Part shown: positions 56,425-64,000 of the stretch, in pieces
Layout: each line of letters opens with the position of its first letter
How positions within the stretch are numbered: position 1 is the first letter of the stretch
NCBI GenBank assembly: GCA_018971685.1
Contig: JAGXAG010000001.1
Coordinates: 90,396 to 154,395 of the forward strand
Direction of reading: 5' to 3'
DNA from: Patescibacteria group bacterium
GTDB taxonomy: Bacteria; Patescibacteriota; Minisyncoccia; Phycocordibacterales; PALSA-1337
Length of the DNA: 64,000 nt
Translations under genes and position numbers: made by a program
The notes under the pieces: generated by a model
Told to the model about the DNA's origin: nothing
What the model saw: only the letters and a program-made list of their open reading frames with translations
Databases searched by the model: none

Positions 56425-57018
56425 ATGAAACCGCAAACTTTCATATTTATCGGCAGGTCGGGCTGCGGCAAAGGCACGCAAGCGGCGCTTTTAGATAAAG
56501 CCTTGAAGAAGCAAACGCCGAAAATGCCGATTGTGCATCTCGAAACCGGCAAATTATTCCGCGATTTCATTCAAGGCAAAAATTATACGCATGAATTGTC
56601 GAAGAAAATTTATGAAAACGGCGGACTGCAACCGGAATTTTTGACGGTGCATCTGTGGTCGGATTTCTTCGCCGAGAATATGAAAGTTGACGCCAACTTG
56701 ATCATCGACGGCACGCCGCGAAAATTGGCCGAAGCTCGAATATTGCATACGGCTTTCGAGTTTTACGGGCGCGGACGGCCGAAGGTGATTTTATTGAATG
56801 TGTCGCGGAAATGGTCGGAAGATAGGATGCTCGAGCGCCATCGCGCCGACGACAACAAGCGCGATATCAAAGCGCGGCTGGATTGGTTCGACACGGAAGT
56901 GGCGCCGACGGTCGAATTCTTCAGGAACAATTCGTTTTATGAATTTTTCGACATTGACGGCGAGCGGGCGATCGAAGCGATTCACAGCGATATTGTGAAA
57001 ACGCTGGATTTGAGGTAA
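56425..57018 (+). CDS. adk: Adenylate kinase family nucleoside monophosphate kinase
   Basis: GRSGCGKGTQA, DGTPR, RADD; position after secY. Confidence 0.88.
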   Translation: MKPQTFIFIGRSGCGKGTQAALLDKALKKQTPKMPIVHLETGKLFRDFIQGKNYTHELSKKIYENGGLQPEFLTVHLWSDFFAENMKVDANLIIDGTPRKLAEARILHTAFEFYGRGRPKVILLNVSRKWSEDRMLERHRADDNKRDIKARLDWFDTEVAPTVEFFRNNSFYEFFDIDGERAIEAIHSDIVKTLDLR

Positions 57019-57024
57019 TTTGAG

Positions 57025-57792
57025 ATGATAACCATCAAAACAAAAGAAGAAATTTCGATCCTGCGCGAAGGAGGCAGGCGGCACGCTGATATATTGAGAA
57101 AATTGGCGGCTATGGTAAAGCCCGGCATAAGCGCCGCGGAATTGAACGACGAGGCGGAAAGATTGATCGCGGAAGGCGGCGACAAGGCGGCGTTCATGAA
57201 TTATCGGCCGAAAGGAGCGAAACGGCCGTATCCGGCCGCTCTGTGCGTGTCGGTGAACGATGAGGTGGTTCACGGCATACCGAACGAATGCGATAAAATC
57301 TTGAAGGAGGGCGACATCGTGAGCATTGACTTGGGTTTGACGCACGAAGGACTGATAACCGATGCGGCGGTGACTGTGCCGGTCGGGCAAATATCGCCGG
57401 CATTGGAACAGCTTTTGCGCGTGACCAAAGAGGCGCTTATGGCCGGCATCAAGGCGGCCAAAGGCGGCAAGAAAACCGGCGATATCGGCGCGGTGGTCGA
57501 ACGGACGGCGGTGCCTTACGGATACGGCATCGTGGAAATATTGGCGGGACACGGGGTCGGCTATGAAGTGCATGAAATGCCGTATGTGCCGAATTTCGGC
57601 GAGCGCGGTTCCGGCGATGTTTTAAAGCCGGGAATGGTAATCGCGATCGAACCGATGTTCAATCTGGGCGGCAAGCGCGTGGTTTTGTCGGACGATGATT
57701 ATACTTACAAGACGGCCGACGGCAGTCCGAGCGCGCATTTCGAACATACGGTGCTTATTACGAAAGGGAATGCGGAGATTTTGACAATGTGA
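57025..57792 (+). CDS. map: Methionine aminopeptidase type I
   Basis: SVNDEVVHGIP, GHGVG, AIEPM, SAHFEHT. Confidence 0.97.
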   Translation: MITIKTKEEISILREGGRRHADILRKLAAMVKPGISAAELNDEAERLIAEGGDKAAFMNYRPKGAKRPYPAALCVSVNDEVVHGIPNECDKILKEGDIVSIDLGLTHEGLITDAAVTVPVGQISPALEQLLRVTKEALMAGIKAAKGGKKTGDIGAVVERTAVPYGYGIVEILAGHGVGYEVHEMPYVPNFGERGSGDVLKPGMVIAIEPMFNLGGKRVVLSDDDYTYKTADGSPSAHFEHTVLITKGNAEILTM

Positions 57793-57938
57793 CCGCACCC
57801 GAAGCAAGCGCCGCATTTCCAAGCCGTCAAGACTCGCTCCGTTACAAAGTCCGAGCGAAGATGATATATGAGCGAAGCGATTATACTGCGCTCAAACAGG
57901 TTGCCGGCTTGGAAATACGGCGCTTGCTTCGGGTGCGG
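57793..57938. repeat. 146-bp palindromic element with 38-bp terminal inverted repeats
   Basis: 2 mismatches between arms; core ACTCGCT...CGCTCAAACAG shared with the 12970 element. Confidence 0.85.
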
Positions 57939-57982
57939 CCGAACTCTATAATAGACGCATTACAATTCAAGAAATAAAATCA

Positions 57983-58591
57983 ATGAACACGCACCCAAAG
58001 CACGAGCGCACACTCATCATCGTCAAACCGGATGGCATTCAGAGAGGACTGATCGGCGAAATCATCAACAGGTATGAACGCGTAGGGTTGAAATTGACGG
58101 CGTTAAAAATGATGATACCGACGGCCGAAATGGTGGAAAAACACTATACGCTCGATCCGGAATGGCGTATGAAAACCGGATTGAAATCCATTAAAGGCTA
58201 TACCGACAAAGGCTTGAAACCGCCACACGCCGATCCGTTGAAAGTTACGGAAATTGTATTGGAAAAGTTGAAAGAATATTTGACGAGCGGGCCGGTTATC
58301 GCCATGGTCTGGCAAGGCGCACATGCGGCAGAGATCGTGCGCAAACTGATCGGCGGTACTGAGCCGCGTTCGTCAGATGTCGGCACCATTCGCGGCGATT
58401 TTGTGTTGGATTCTTATGCCATGAGCGACAGCGACGGCCGCGCGGTCAGAAATCTGGTCCACGCTTCCGGTTCAGCCAAAGAAGCCGAAGATGAAATCGC
58501 CCACTGGTTCAAAAAAGAAGAAATATTCGACTACAAACTGCTGGTTGAGCAGATTATTTACGAAAAGGATCTTGACGGTATCCTAGAGTGA
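57983..58591 (+). CDS. ndk: Nucleoside diphosphate kinase
   Basis: ERTLIIVKPD, SGPV, GTIRGDF, NLVHAS. Confidence 0.96.
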   Translation: MNTHPKHERTLIIVKPDGIQRGLIGEIINRYERVGLKLTALKMMIPTAEMVEKHYTLDPEWRMKTGLKSIKGYTDKGLKPPHADPLKVTEIVLEKLKEYLTSGPVIAMVWQGAHAAEIVRKLIGGTEPRSSDVGTIRGDFVLDSYAMSDSDGRAVRNLVHASGSAKEAEDEIAHWFKKEEIFDYKLLVEQIIYEKDLDGILE

Positions 58592-58716
58592 TTTGCCGAT
58601 ATTATTCGGCGTGTGATGGGCCGAGTAATATTTACCGGTCTTGCCGTGATGTCAAACATCGTGTCGGAACTTATTTTTTGCTTGCGTTTCATTCAAGGAG
58701 TACTAAAATTAAATCA

Positions 58717-58858
58717 GGTTGCGGGAGTATAAACCCTATACCAACATATTCGGGAGGCCAATGAATGATTCGCGAGGATCGTTCTGATTCGTAGGCGCTT
58801 AGGCGCTCTATGTGAGGCAACCCACCTGTAGTAAACAGGTTATGGTACTCTCGCAATC
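58717..58858 (+). ncRNA. Rod-shaped ncRNA candidate (6S-like)
   Basis: 14-bp closing stem 58717-58730/58845-58858 with further inner stems; promoter upstream and terminator downstream. Confidence 0.5.
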
Positions 58859-58860
58859 GA

Positions 58861-58890
58861 CAAAAAATACCCAGCGGGTATTTTTTGTTT
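58861..58890 (+). terminator. Intrinsic terminator (bidirectional type)
   Basis: CAAAAAATACCC-AGC-GGGTATTTTTTG. Confidence 0.8.
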
Positions 58891-58922
58891 GTAGGTTTCC
58901 GTGATATCATATTAAACAAGCC

Positions 58923-59315
58923 ATGAAACAAATACGGATATATTCAATCTCGATTTTTATTTTGTGCGCGGTAATGATCGTACATTATTTAGGAATACAC
59001 GGAATGTATGCCAAATATCAACTTTACGATATTATTCCGCATTTGCTGGCGGGATTGGGCGCCGGATTATTTCTTTCAGGTTTTATTGCGGAAAGATCGG
59101 CATCATTCGGCAAGCGCCAAGGATTTATGGTCGTGGCGGCCGTTTTTGCCGTCGCCTTTTGCTGGGAAATATTCGAAATATACACCAATACGGCCGGATA
59201 TGTCTTGTTCACGCCGCAATATTATGCTGATACAGTCAAAGACATAACAATGGGCGTGCTCGGGAGCATAATCGCTGTTTTGGCGGCCAAGAAAATTTTC
59301 GAAGATGAAAGATAG
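58923..59315 (+). CDS. Small multi-pass membrane protein (DUF2238/VanZ-like)
   Basis: YDIIPHLLAG, WEIFE, DTVKD...G. Confidence 0.7.
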   Translation: MKQIRIYSISIFILCAVMIVHYLGIHGMYAKYQLYDIIPHLLAGLGAGLFLSGFIAERSASFGKRQGFMVVAAVFAVAFCWEIFEIYTNTAGYVLFTPQYYADTVKDITMGVLGSIIAVLAAKKIFEDER

Positions 59316-60690
59316 TCGGCGATTGACATTTTGTTCAGGCGCAGGCACGGTTACCGGCGCAAATTTTTTGCTGGAAGTTTTGAACGGCAAAAAGTTGTTG
59401 GTTGATTGCGGTTTGATCCAAGGTGAACGGTTTGCCGATGAAATAAACCGGCAGAAATTTATCTACGAACCGGCGGCGATAGATGCGCTCTTGGTGACCC
59501 ACGCGCATTTGGACCATGTCGGACGGATACCGAAGTTGGCCAAAGAAGGGTTCAAGGGGCCGATCTATTCGACGCCGCAGACGATGGAGTTGGCGCAGTT
59601 GGTATTGGATGATGCGGTTGGAATATTGGCAAATGAAGCGCGCGATGCCGGCCGCGAACCGCTGTATGGCGAGAAGGAAGTCTCGGCGGTTTGGAATATT
59701 TGGCATACGATAAATTATCACGAGCTTGCAGAAATCGTGCCGGGCGTTTCCGTGTTTTTGAAAGACGCCGGGCACATTTTGGGCTCGGCGATGGTTGAAT
59801 TTACCGTTACTTCCGCCAAATCTGACGGGGATGCGATGAAAATCCTTTTCACCGGCGATCTCGGCAATTCGCCGGCGCCACTTTTGAGAGATACCGAATC
59901 TGTCGGCGATGTTGATTATCTGGTCATGGAGAGTACTTACGGTGACCGCAATCACGAGCCGAAAGAAGAACGCTCGGCCAAATTCGAAACGATCATCAAC
60001 GAAGCCGTGAATCGGGGCGGCACGCTGGTTGTTCCGACTTTTTCGATCGACCGCACGCAGGTATTGCTTTACGAACTGAACAATCTGGTAGAGCAAGGGA
60101 AGATCAGGCCGGTTCCGATATTCTTGGACTCGCCCATGGCGATTGCCGCCACGAAGATTTACAGATCCAACGAAGCGTTATTCAATGACGAAGCGAAAGG
60201 GCAAATCGCCCGCGGCGACGATATCTTCGCGTTTCCGAAATTAGAATTTACTGTCGCTTCACGGGATTCGCGGGAGATAGAGAAACAGTCCGGCCCGAAG
60301 ATTATTCTGGCCGGATCGGGCATGTCGGTCGGCGGCAGGGTAATAGGCCACGAGGTTCACTATCTTCCGGATCCGAAAAGCACTATCCTATTGGTCGGTT
60401 ATCAGTCGACAGGTTCGCTCGGACGAGAATTGGCGGAAGGCGCGAAGAAAGTCCGCATTCACGGAGAAGATGTTCGCGTCAGGGCCCGCATCGAAACCCT
60501 TTACGGTTATTCGGCGCACAAAGACAGCGATCATTTGCTCGAATTTGTCGCGACGGCGTCTGATCGGCTGAAAAAGGTTTTTGTCGTTATGGGCGAACCG
60601 AAAGCGTCGATGTATTTGGCGCAGAGAATTAACGGGGAGTTAAAGGCGGAAGCGATGGCGCCGGAAGTCGGGACGGTTTTCGATCTATGA
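59305..60690 (+). CDS. MBL-fold beta-CASP ribonuclease
   Basis: THAHLDHVG, AGHILGS, TGD, ESTYG, SAH. Confidence 0.93.
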   Translation: MKDSRRLTFCSGAGTVTGANFLLEVLNGKKLLVDCGLIQGERFADEINRQKFIYEPAAIDALLVTHAHLDHVGRIPKLAKEGFKGPIYSTPQTMELAQLVLDDAVGILANEARDAGREPLYGEKEVSAVWNIWHTINYHELAEIVPGVSVFLKDAGHILGSAMVEFTVTSAKSDGDAMKILFTGDLGNSPAPLLRDTESVGDVDYLVMESTYGDRNHEPKEERSAKFETIINEAVNRGGTLVVPTFSIDRTQVLLYELNNLVEQGKIRPVPIFLDSPMAIAATKIYRSNEALFNDEAKGQIARGDDIFAFPKLEFTVASRDSREIEKQSGPKIILAGSGMSVGGRVIGHEVHYLPDPKSTILLVGYQSTGSLGRELAEGAKKVRIHGEDVRVRARIETLYGYSAHKDSDHLLEFVATASDRLKKVFVVMGEPKASMYLAQRINGELKAEAMAPEVGTVFDL

Positions 60691-60779
60691 AAATGGCCCC
60701 AGAGGCGGATCAGATCGTATGCGGCAGAGTCCCTACAACCTAACCCTCCATAACCTCCGGGGCGAAAGGCGAATGTTTA

Positions 60780-61124
60780 TTATTTTACCTCCTTAACCAC
60801 CCTTTTGAAAGCGTCGGAGTTGAACTCGGCCAGATGCGCCAATGATTTTCGGTCGAGGGCGATATTCTTTTTCTTGGCGGCGCCGATGAACTTGCTATAG
60901 GAGAGGCCGAGCGGGCGGAGGGCGGCGTTTATCTTGACATTCCACAATCGTCGGAAATCGCCCTTTTTGTCGCGGCGATGGGCGAAAGCGTAAGCGCCGG
61001 CGTGGGCGAGCGCTTCGTTCGCGGCCCTTTCGGTCTTTGACCGGCGGAAACGGAAACCTTTGGCTTGCTTCAGTACGGATCGGCGATTCTTCAGAGCGTG
61101 GACTGCTTTTTTGACTCGGGACAT
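60780..61124 (-). CDS. rplT: 50S ribosomal protein L20
   Basis: MSRVK, FRRLW..KINAA, LDRKSLA. Confidence 0.97.
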   Translation of the reverse strand: MSRVKKAVHALKNRRSVLKQAKGFRFRRSKTERAANEALAHAGAYAFAHRRDKKGDFRRLWNVKINAALRPLGLSYSKFIGAAKKKNIALDRKSLAHLAEFNSDAFKRVVKEVK

Positions 61125-61143
61125 TTTAGTTATTATTTCGTGC

Positions 61144-61209
61144 TGTCACCACCGCTAATGCGGGGGTCCAGGATTCGGTCCCGGTTTCCCGCTTTCGCGG
61201 GAATGGCAT
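61144..61209. repeat. Inverted pair of degenerate REP-like hairpins
   Basis: GTCACCACCGCTAATGCGGGGGTCCA and TTCCCGCTTTCGCGGGAATGGCA; resemble the 28370 hairpin. Confidence 0.55.
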
Positions 61210-61226
61210 CGCACGGTGTTATTCTG

Positions 61227-61415
61227 TTAAGTGGTTGCTAAAAAACGGCTTTTAATCTTATTATCCATATTCAACATACGCATTCTGTGTTTATTGCCGC
61301 TTACCTTGGTCTTCTCTTTTGCATTGAAATGGTTTTGTCCGGCTTTGCGCGACAAAATTTTGCCCGTACGGGTTATTTTCAAGCGTTTGTTGAATGATTT
61401 GTGGGTTTTGATCAT
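61227..61415 (-). CDS. rpmI: 50S ribosomal protein L35
   Basis: KTHKS..KR.KIT.TGK, NHFNAK. Confidence 0.93.
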   Translation of the reverse strand: MIKTHKSFNKRLKITRTGKILSRKAGQNHFNAKEKTKVSGNKHRMRMLNMDNKIKSRFLATT

Positions 61416-61469
61416 TTTTTCGTTATCAGGGTTTTCCGTTTTCGCGGAAAGGCATCCTCTATAATTACA

Positions 61470-61976
61470 TTATTTTCTTTCAACCATCACCGTTACGCCC
61501 TTAGGCCCTTTCATCGGTTCCTGTGATACCTTGTATTCGACCGTGATGAGCTTCATGATCCTTTCGAGGCGGCCTTTCAGGAAACTGAAGTCCATATATT
61601 TGGATCGGCCGATCAGGTATAGATCTATTTTGACGCGATCACCGTCGGCGAGCCATCCGGAGACTTTCTTGGCTTTCAATTCGAGATCATGTTCGCCGGT
61701 GCCGATCTTGATCTGAATTGTCCGCAGTTCGCTGGTGCGCGCGCGGGTCTTGGACTCCTTGTCTTTCTTTTTCTCGTCGTAAAGGTACTTGCCGTAATCC
61801 GTTATTTTGGCGACAGGCGGGTTGGCGTTGGGGGAGATCTCTATGAGGTCGAGGCCTCTTTCCTTGGCCTCCGTCAATGCCTTACCCGTAGCCATCACGC
61901 CCAAATTCTCGCCTTCGGCGGTTATGACGCGCAATTCCGGCGCCTTGATTTGATGGTTTATGCGTGCTTTTGCCAC
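61470..61976 (-). CDS. infC: Translation initiation factor IF-3 (non-ATG start, GTG 61976 or ATC 61982)
   Basis: RINHQI, LDLIEI.P.A.PPVAKI.DYGK.LY. Confidence 0.95.
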   Translation of the reverse strand: MAKARINHQIKAPELRVITAEGENLGVMATGKALTEAKERGLDLIEISPNANPPVAKITDYGKYLYDEKKKDKESKTRARTSELRTIQIKIGTGEHDLELKAKKVSGWLADGDRVKIDLYLIGRSKYMDFSFLKGRLERIMKLITVEYKVSQEPMKGPKGVTVMVERK

Positions 61977-62092
61977 GAGGATTACTGTGTATTTATAGCA
62001 TAGGCGGTACTTTGCCACAATATTGACAAATATCTATTATTGTGGCGAGACTACAACCTCTGTAAAAACAGTTATGACTGAACAACAGATAC

Positions 62093-62269
62093 CCATTTTT
62101 GGGCTGGAAGCACTTTATAAGTCATAGGATTCTGAGAACTTCAACGAAAAACAGGATGTTCAAGAAATTGGCCGAAAACCCGAAAGAAGCTACGCTCGCG
62201 TCATATCTCGGAATGTTGTCGCACGGCAACGCTTATAAGTTGACCAAACGATTCCCGGCGGCGGTCTGA
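62093..62269 (+). pseudogene. C-terminal remnant of a second DGR-type reverse transcriptase
   Basis: PFLGWKHF..HRILRTSTK.RM...SYLGMLSHGNAYKL aligns with SFLG...SYLGFMSQYDTYRL of the intact RT. Confidence 0.7.
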
Positions 62270-62280
62270 GCAGAATAACA

Positions 62281-63360
62281 CTACAACAACTTCCTCACGA
62301 ACTTGATCAAAAACTCGGGAATTTTCTCAATGAAGAATCGCCGGCGCCACTGGGGCAAGGTCACTTCGCGGCATGACGCAAGGTCTTGAATGAGTTGCTG
62401 TGCTACCGCGCGGGCAAATTCAGGGTCGAAAGAAACAAGATTGGCCTCGAAATTGTAGAGGAGGCTGATGCGGTCCCAATTCATGGAGCCGACCGAAGCC
62501 CATTCATAGTCGACGGCAATCGTCTTGCCGTGCATCATGGCGCCCTGATAGAGGAAAATCCGCGCGCCCGATTCCATCAGGGTATTGAAATACGAACGCG
62601 CTCCCAAGTCCACGGCGTAATAGTCAGACTTTTCCGGCAAAACGATCCGCACATCCACGCCCGCCTCGGCCGCTTTCTTCAAGAGGCGGATCAGCCGGTG
62701 CGTCGGCACGAAGTATGGCGTCGTCAAGTATATATGTTTGCGCGCTTGGCGGATCGCCTGAACCATGGCCGAGTAAACATGGCGGCGGCCCGGCGAAGGA
62801 TAATTGGTGAGGTACCTGAAATCGGCGCCACGATAATGAAGTTTCTTAGCCAAAGGTCTTGAATGCAATGCCCGGTCCCACATGCGGTCGAAAGCGTTCT
62901 CCATTTGCCTGGCGACAGCCCCTTCGACGCGGACATTGGCGTCGCGCCAATCTTTCGTGTGGTCGGAAACGCATATGCTTCCCGTATAGCCGACTTTGCC
63001 GTCGATGGCCAGGGTGCGGCGGTGATTGCGCAGGAACCACGAGCGCAAGCTGGGCAACTTGAAATAGCCCGGGATCAAAGTGCGCCAAAAAAGCAGTTTG
63101 ATACCTTTGGTTTTCAATTCCGCGGCTATGCTTGATCCCCACAAGGTGAAACTGCCGGCGGCATCCCAGAGAAAACGGACTTCTATCCCATGCGCCGCGC
63201 GTTCAGCGCAAACATCGAGCAGTTTCTTGCCAAAATCGTCGTTGACGAAGATGAATTGTTCGAGGGCGATGCTCTTCTCGGCTTTGGCGCAGTCGGCGAG
63301 CATAGCTTCCCAGGCCTCTTCGTTTCGGGAATATAGGGTCCATTTGGTTTCTTGGGACAT
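62281..63360 (-). CDS. Cardiolipin synthase-like phospholipase D
   Basis: Two HKD-type motifs (RNHRRTLAID, degenerate; HGKTIAVD) and GSMN. Confidence 0.88.
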   Translation of the reverse strand: MSQETKWTLYSRNEEAWEAMLADCAKAEKSIALEQFIFVNDDFGKKLLDVCAERAAHGIEVRFLWDAAGSFTLWGSSIAAELKTKGIKLLFWRTLIPGYFKLPSLRSWFLRNHRRTLAIDGKVGYTGSICVSDHTKDWRDANVRVEGAVARQMENAFDRMWDRALHSRPLAKKLHYRGADFRYLTNYPSPGRRHVYSAMVQAIRQARKHIYLTTPYFVPTHRLIRLLKKAAEAGVDVRIVLPEKSDYYAVDLGARSYFNTLMESGARIFLYQGAMMHGKTIAVDYEWASVGSMNWDRISLLYNFEANLVSFDPEFARAVAQQLIQDLASCREVTLPQWRRRFFIEKIPEFLIKFVRKLL

Positions 63361-63406
63361 GGGGATATTATAGCGGAAATATCGTTTTTGGCGTACGATA
63401 TGTTGG

Positions 63407-63853
63407 ATGACTACCCTGATCGACCACAGAAAGTCAAGGTTCGATTATGAAATCGTCGACACATTCGAGGCCGGCGTCGAACTGCTGGGCCTTGAAGTGA
63501 AATCGCTAAAGAATAAAGCCGGCTCGCTGGACGGTTCTTATGTCATCGTGCGGGGCGGGGAAGCTTACGCGATCAATGTTTTCATACCGCCATATCAGGA
63601 AAAGAATACCCCGGCCGGCTATGATCCGCGCCGCAACCGCCGATTGATATTGACCAAGAATGAGATCAAAAAATTGGCGGCGGTCGACGACGGTAAAAAC
63701 TTGACAATCGTGCCAATTTCCGTGTATACTAAGGGCGATCGAGTCAAAGTCGGCATTGCGATCGTAAGAAGCAAGAAAAAAGTCGACAAGAGGGAAACGA
63801 TCAAAAAACGCGAAGCGGACAGAGATATCGAAAGGGAAATGAAAGGTCGTTGA
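63407..63853 (+). CDS. smpB: SsrA-binding protein
   Basis: EAGVEL.G.EVKS, R.RRLIL, DKRETIK. Confidence 0.96.
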   Translation: MTTLIDHRKSRFDYEIVDTFEAGVELLGLEVKSLKNKAGSLDGSYVIVRGGEAYAINVFIPPYQEKNTPAGYDPRRNRRLILTKNEIKKLAAVDDGKNLTIVPISVYTKGDRVKVGIAIVRSKKKVDKRETIKKREADRDIEREMKGR

Positions 63854-63868
63854 CATAAAATAACATAA

Positions 63869-64000
63869 GGGGATGACAGGCATAGACAATCGCCGGTTTT
63901 CGTTCGTGCGGCGGAAGCAGTATCGACTTCCAAATCCGATGCAAACCCATAAATGCCAAAACCGTTTCTCCGTATTTCGGAGTGAATGATTTCGCATTCG
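63869..64000 (+). ncRNA. ssrA: tmRNA (5' part; runs off the window)
   Basis: GGGGATGACAGGCATAGAC 5' end right after smpB; ATAAAT-GCC resume signal at 63955; tag AKTVSPYFGVNDFAF... Confidence 0.9.

Noticed and set aside
62050-62287. ACTACAAC 8-bp direct repeat flanking the RT remnant as a target-site duplication
   Set aside because: Too short to distinguish from chance.
1-64000. CRISPR array, prophage, integrase or IS transposase; gene-tail duplications at the fusA, tuf, rplB and rplE junctions
   Set aside because: None seen by eye; short or diverged copies could have been missed without a self-alignment.

Overview
Chromosomal window from a Patescibacteria (CPR; Parcubacteria-like) genome using the standard code. 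The assignment is inferred from protein style, the absence of rpmD between rpsE and rplO, and many leaderless-type starts. The backbone holds type IV pilus genes, tpiA-pgk, recJ-rnhA, a split comEC, sod, the str/S10/spc ribosomal cluster, secY-adk-map-ndk, infC-rpmI-rplT, cls and smpB-ssrA. Four accessory islands break the ribosomal cluster. Main findings: (1) A complete diversity-generating retroelement (VR 38276-38451, Avd, TR 39001-39176, RT) in which 19 of 20 TR/VR mismatches fall at TR adenines. It lies in a 5.96-kb integrase-free island bounded by a duplicated 3' end of the ABC permease gene. (2) The same gene-tail-duplication architecture surrounds a HEPN/MNT cassette at 13.7-15.0 kb. 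(3) The DGR cassette appears to split one beta-sandwich domain between two separately exported proteins, the target gene carries an in-frame TAG, and Avd is fused in frame to TR. (4) A putative RNase gene between tuf and rpsJ is overlapped by an antisense, promoter-driven tRNA-shaped RNA. (5) Several palindromic element families are present, one inserted in frame in a PIF1 helicase. Also seen: a remnant of a second DGR-type RT, a 6S-like RNA candidate and an atypical EF-Tu switch I. All family assignments are by eye; no searches were run.
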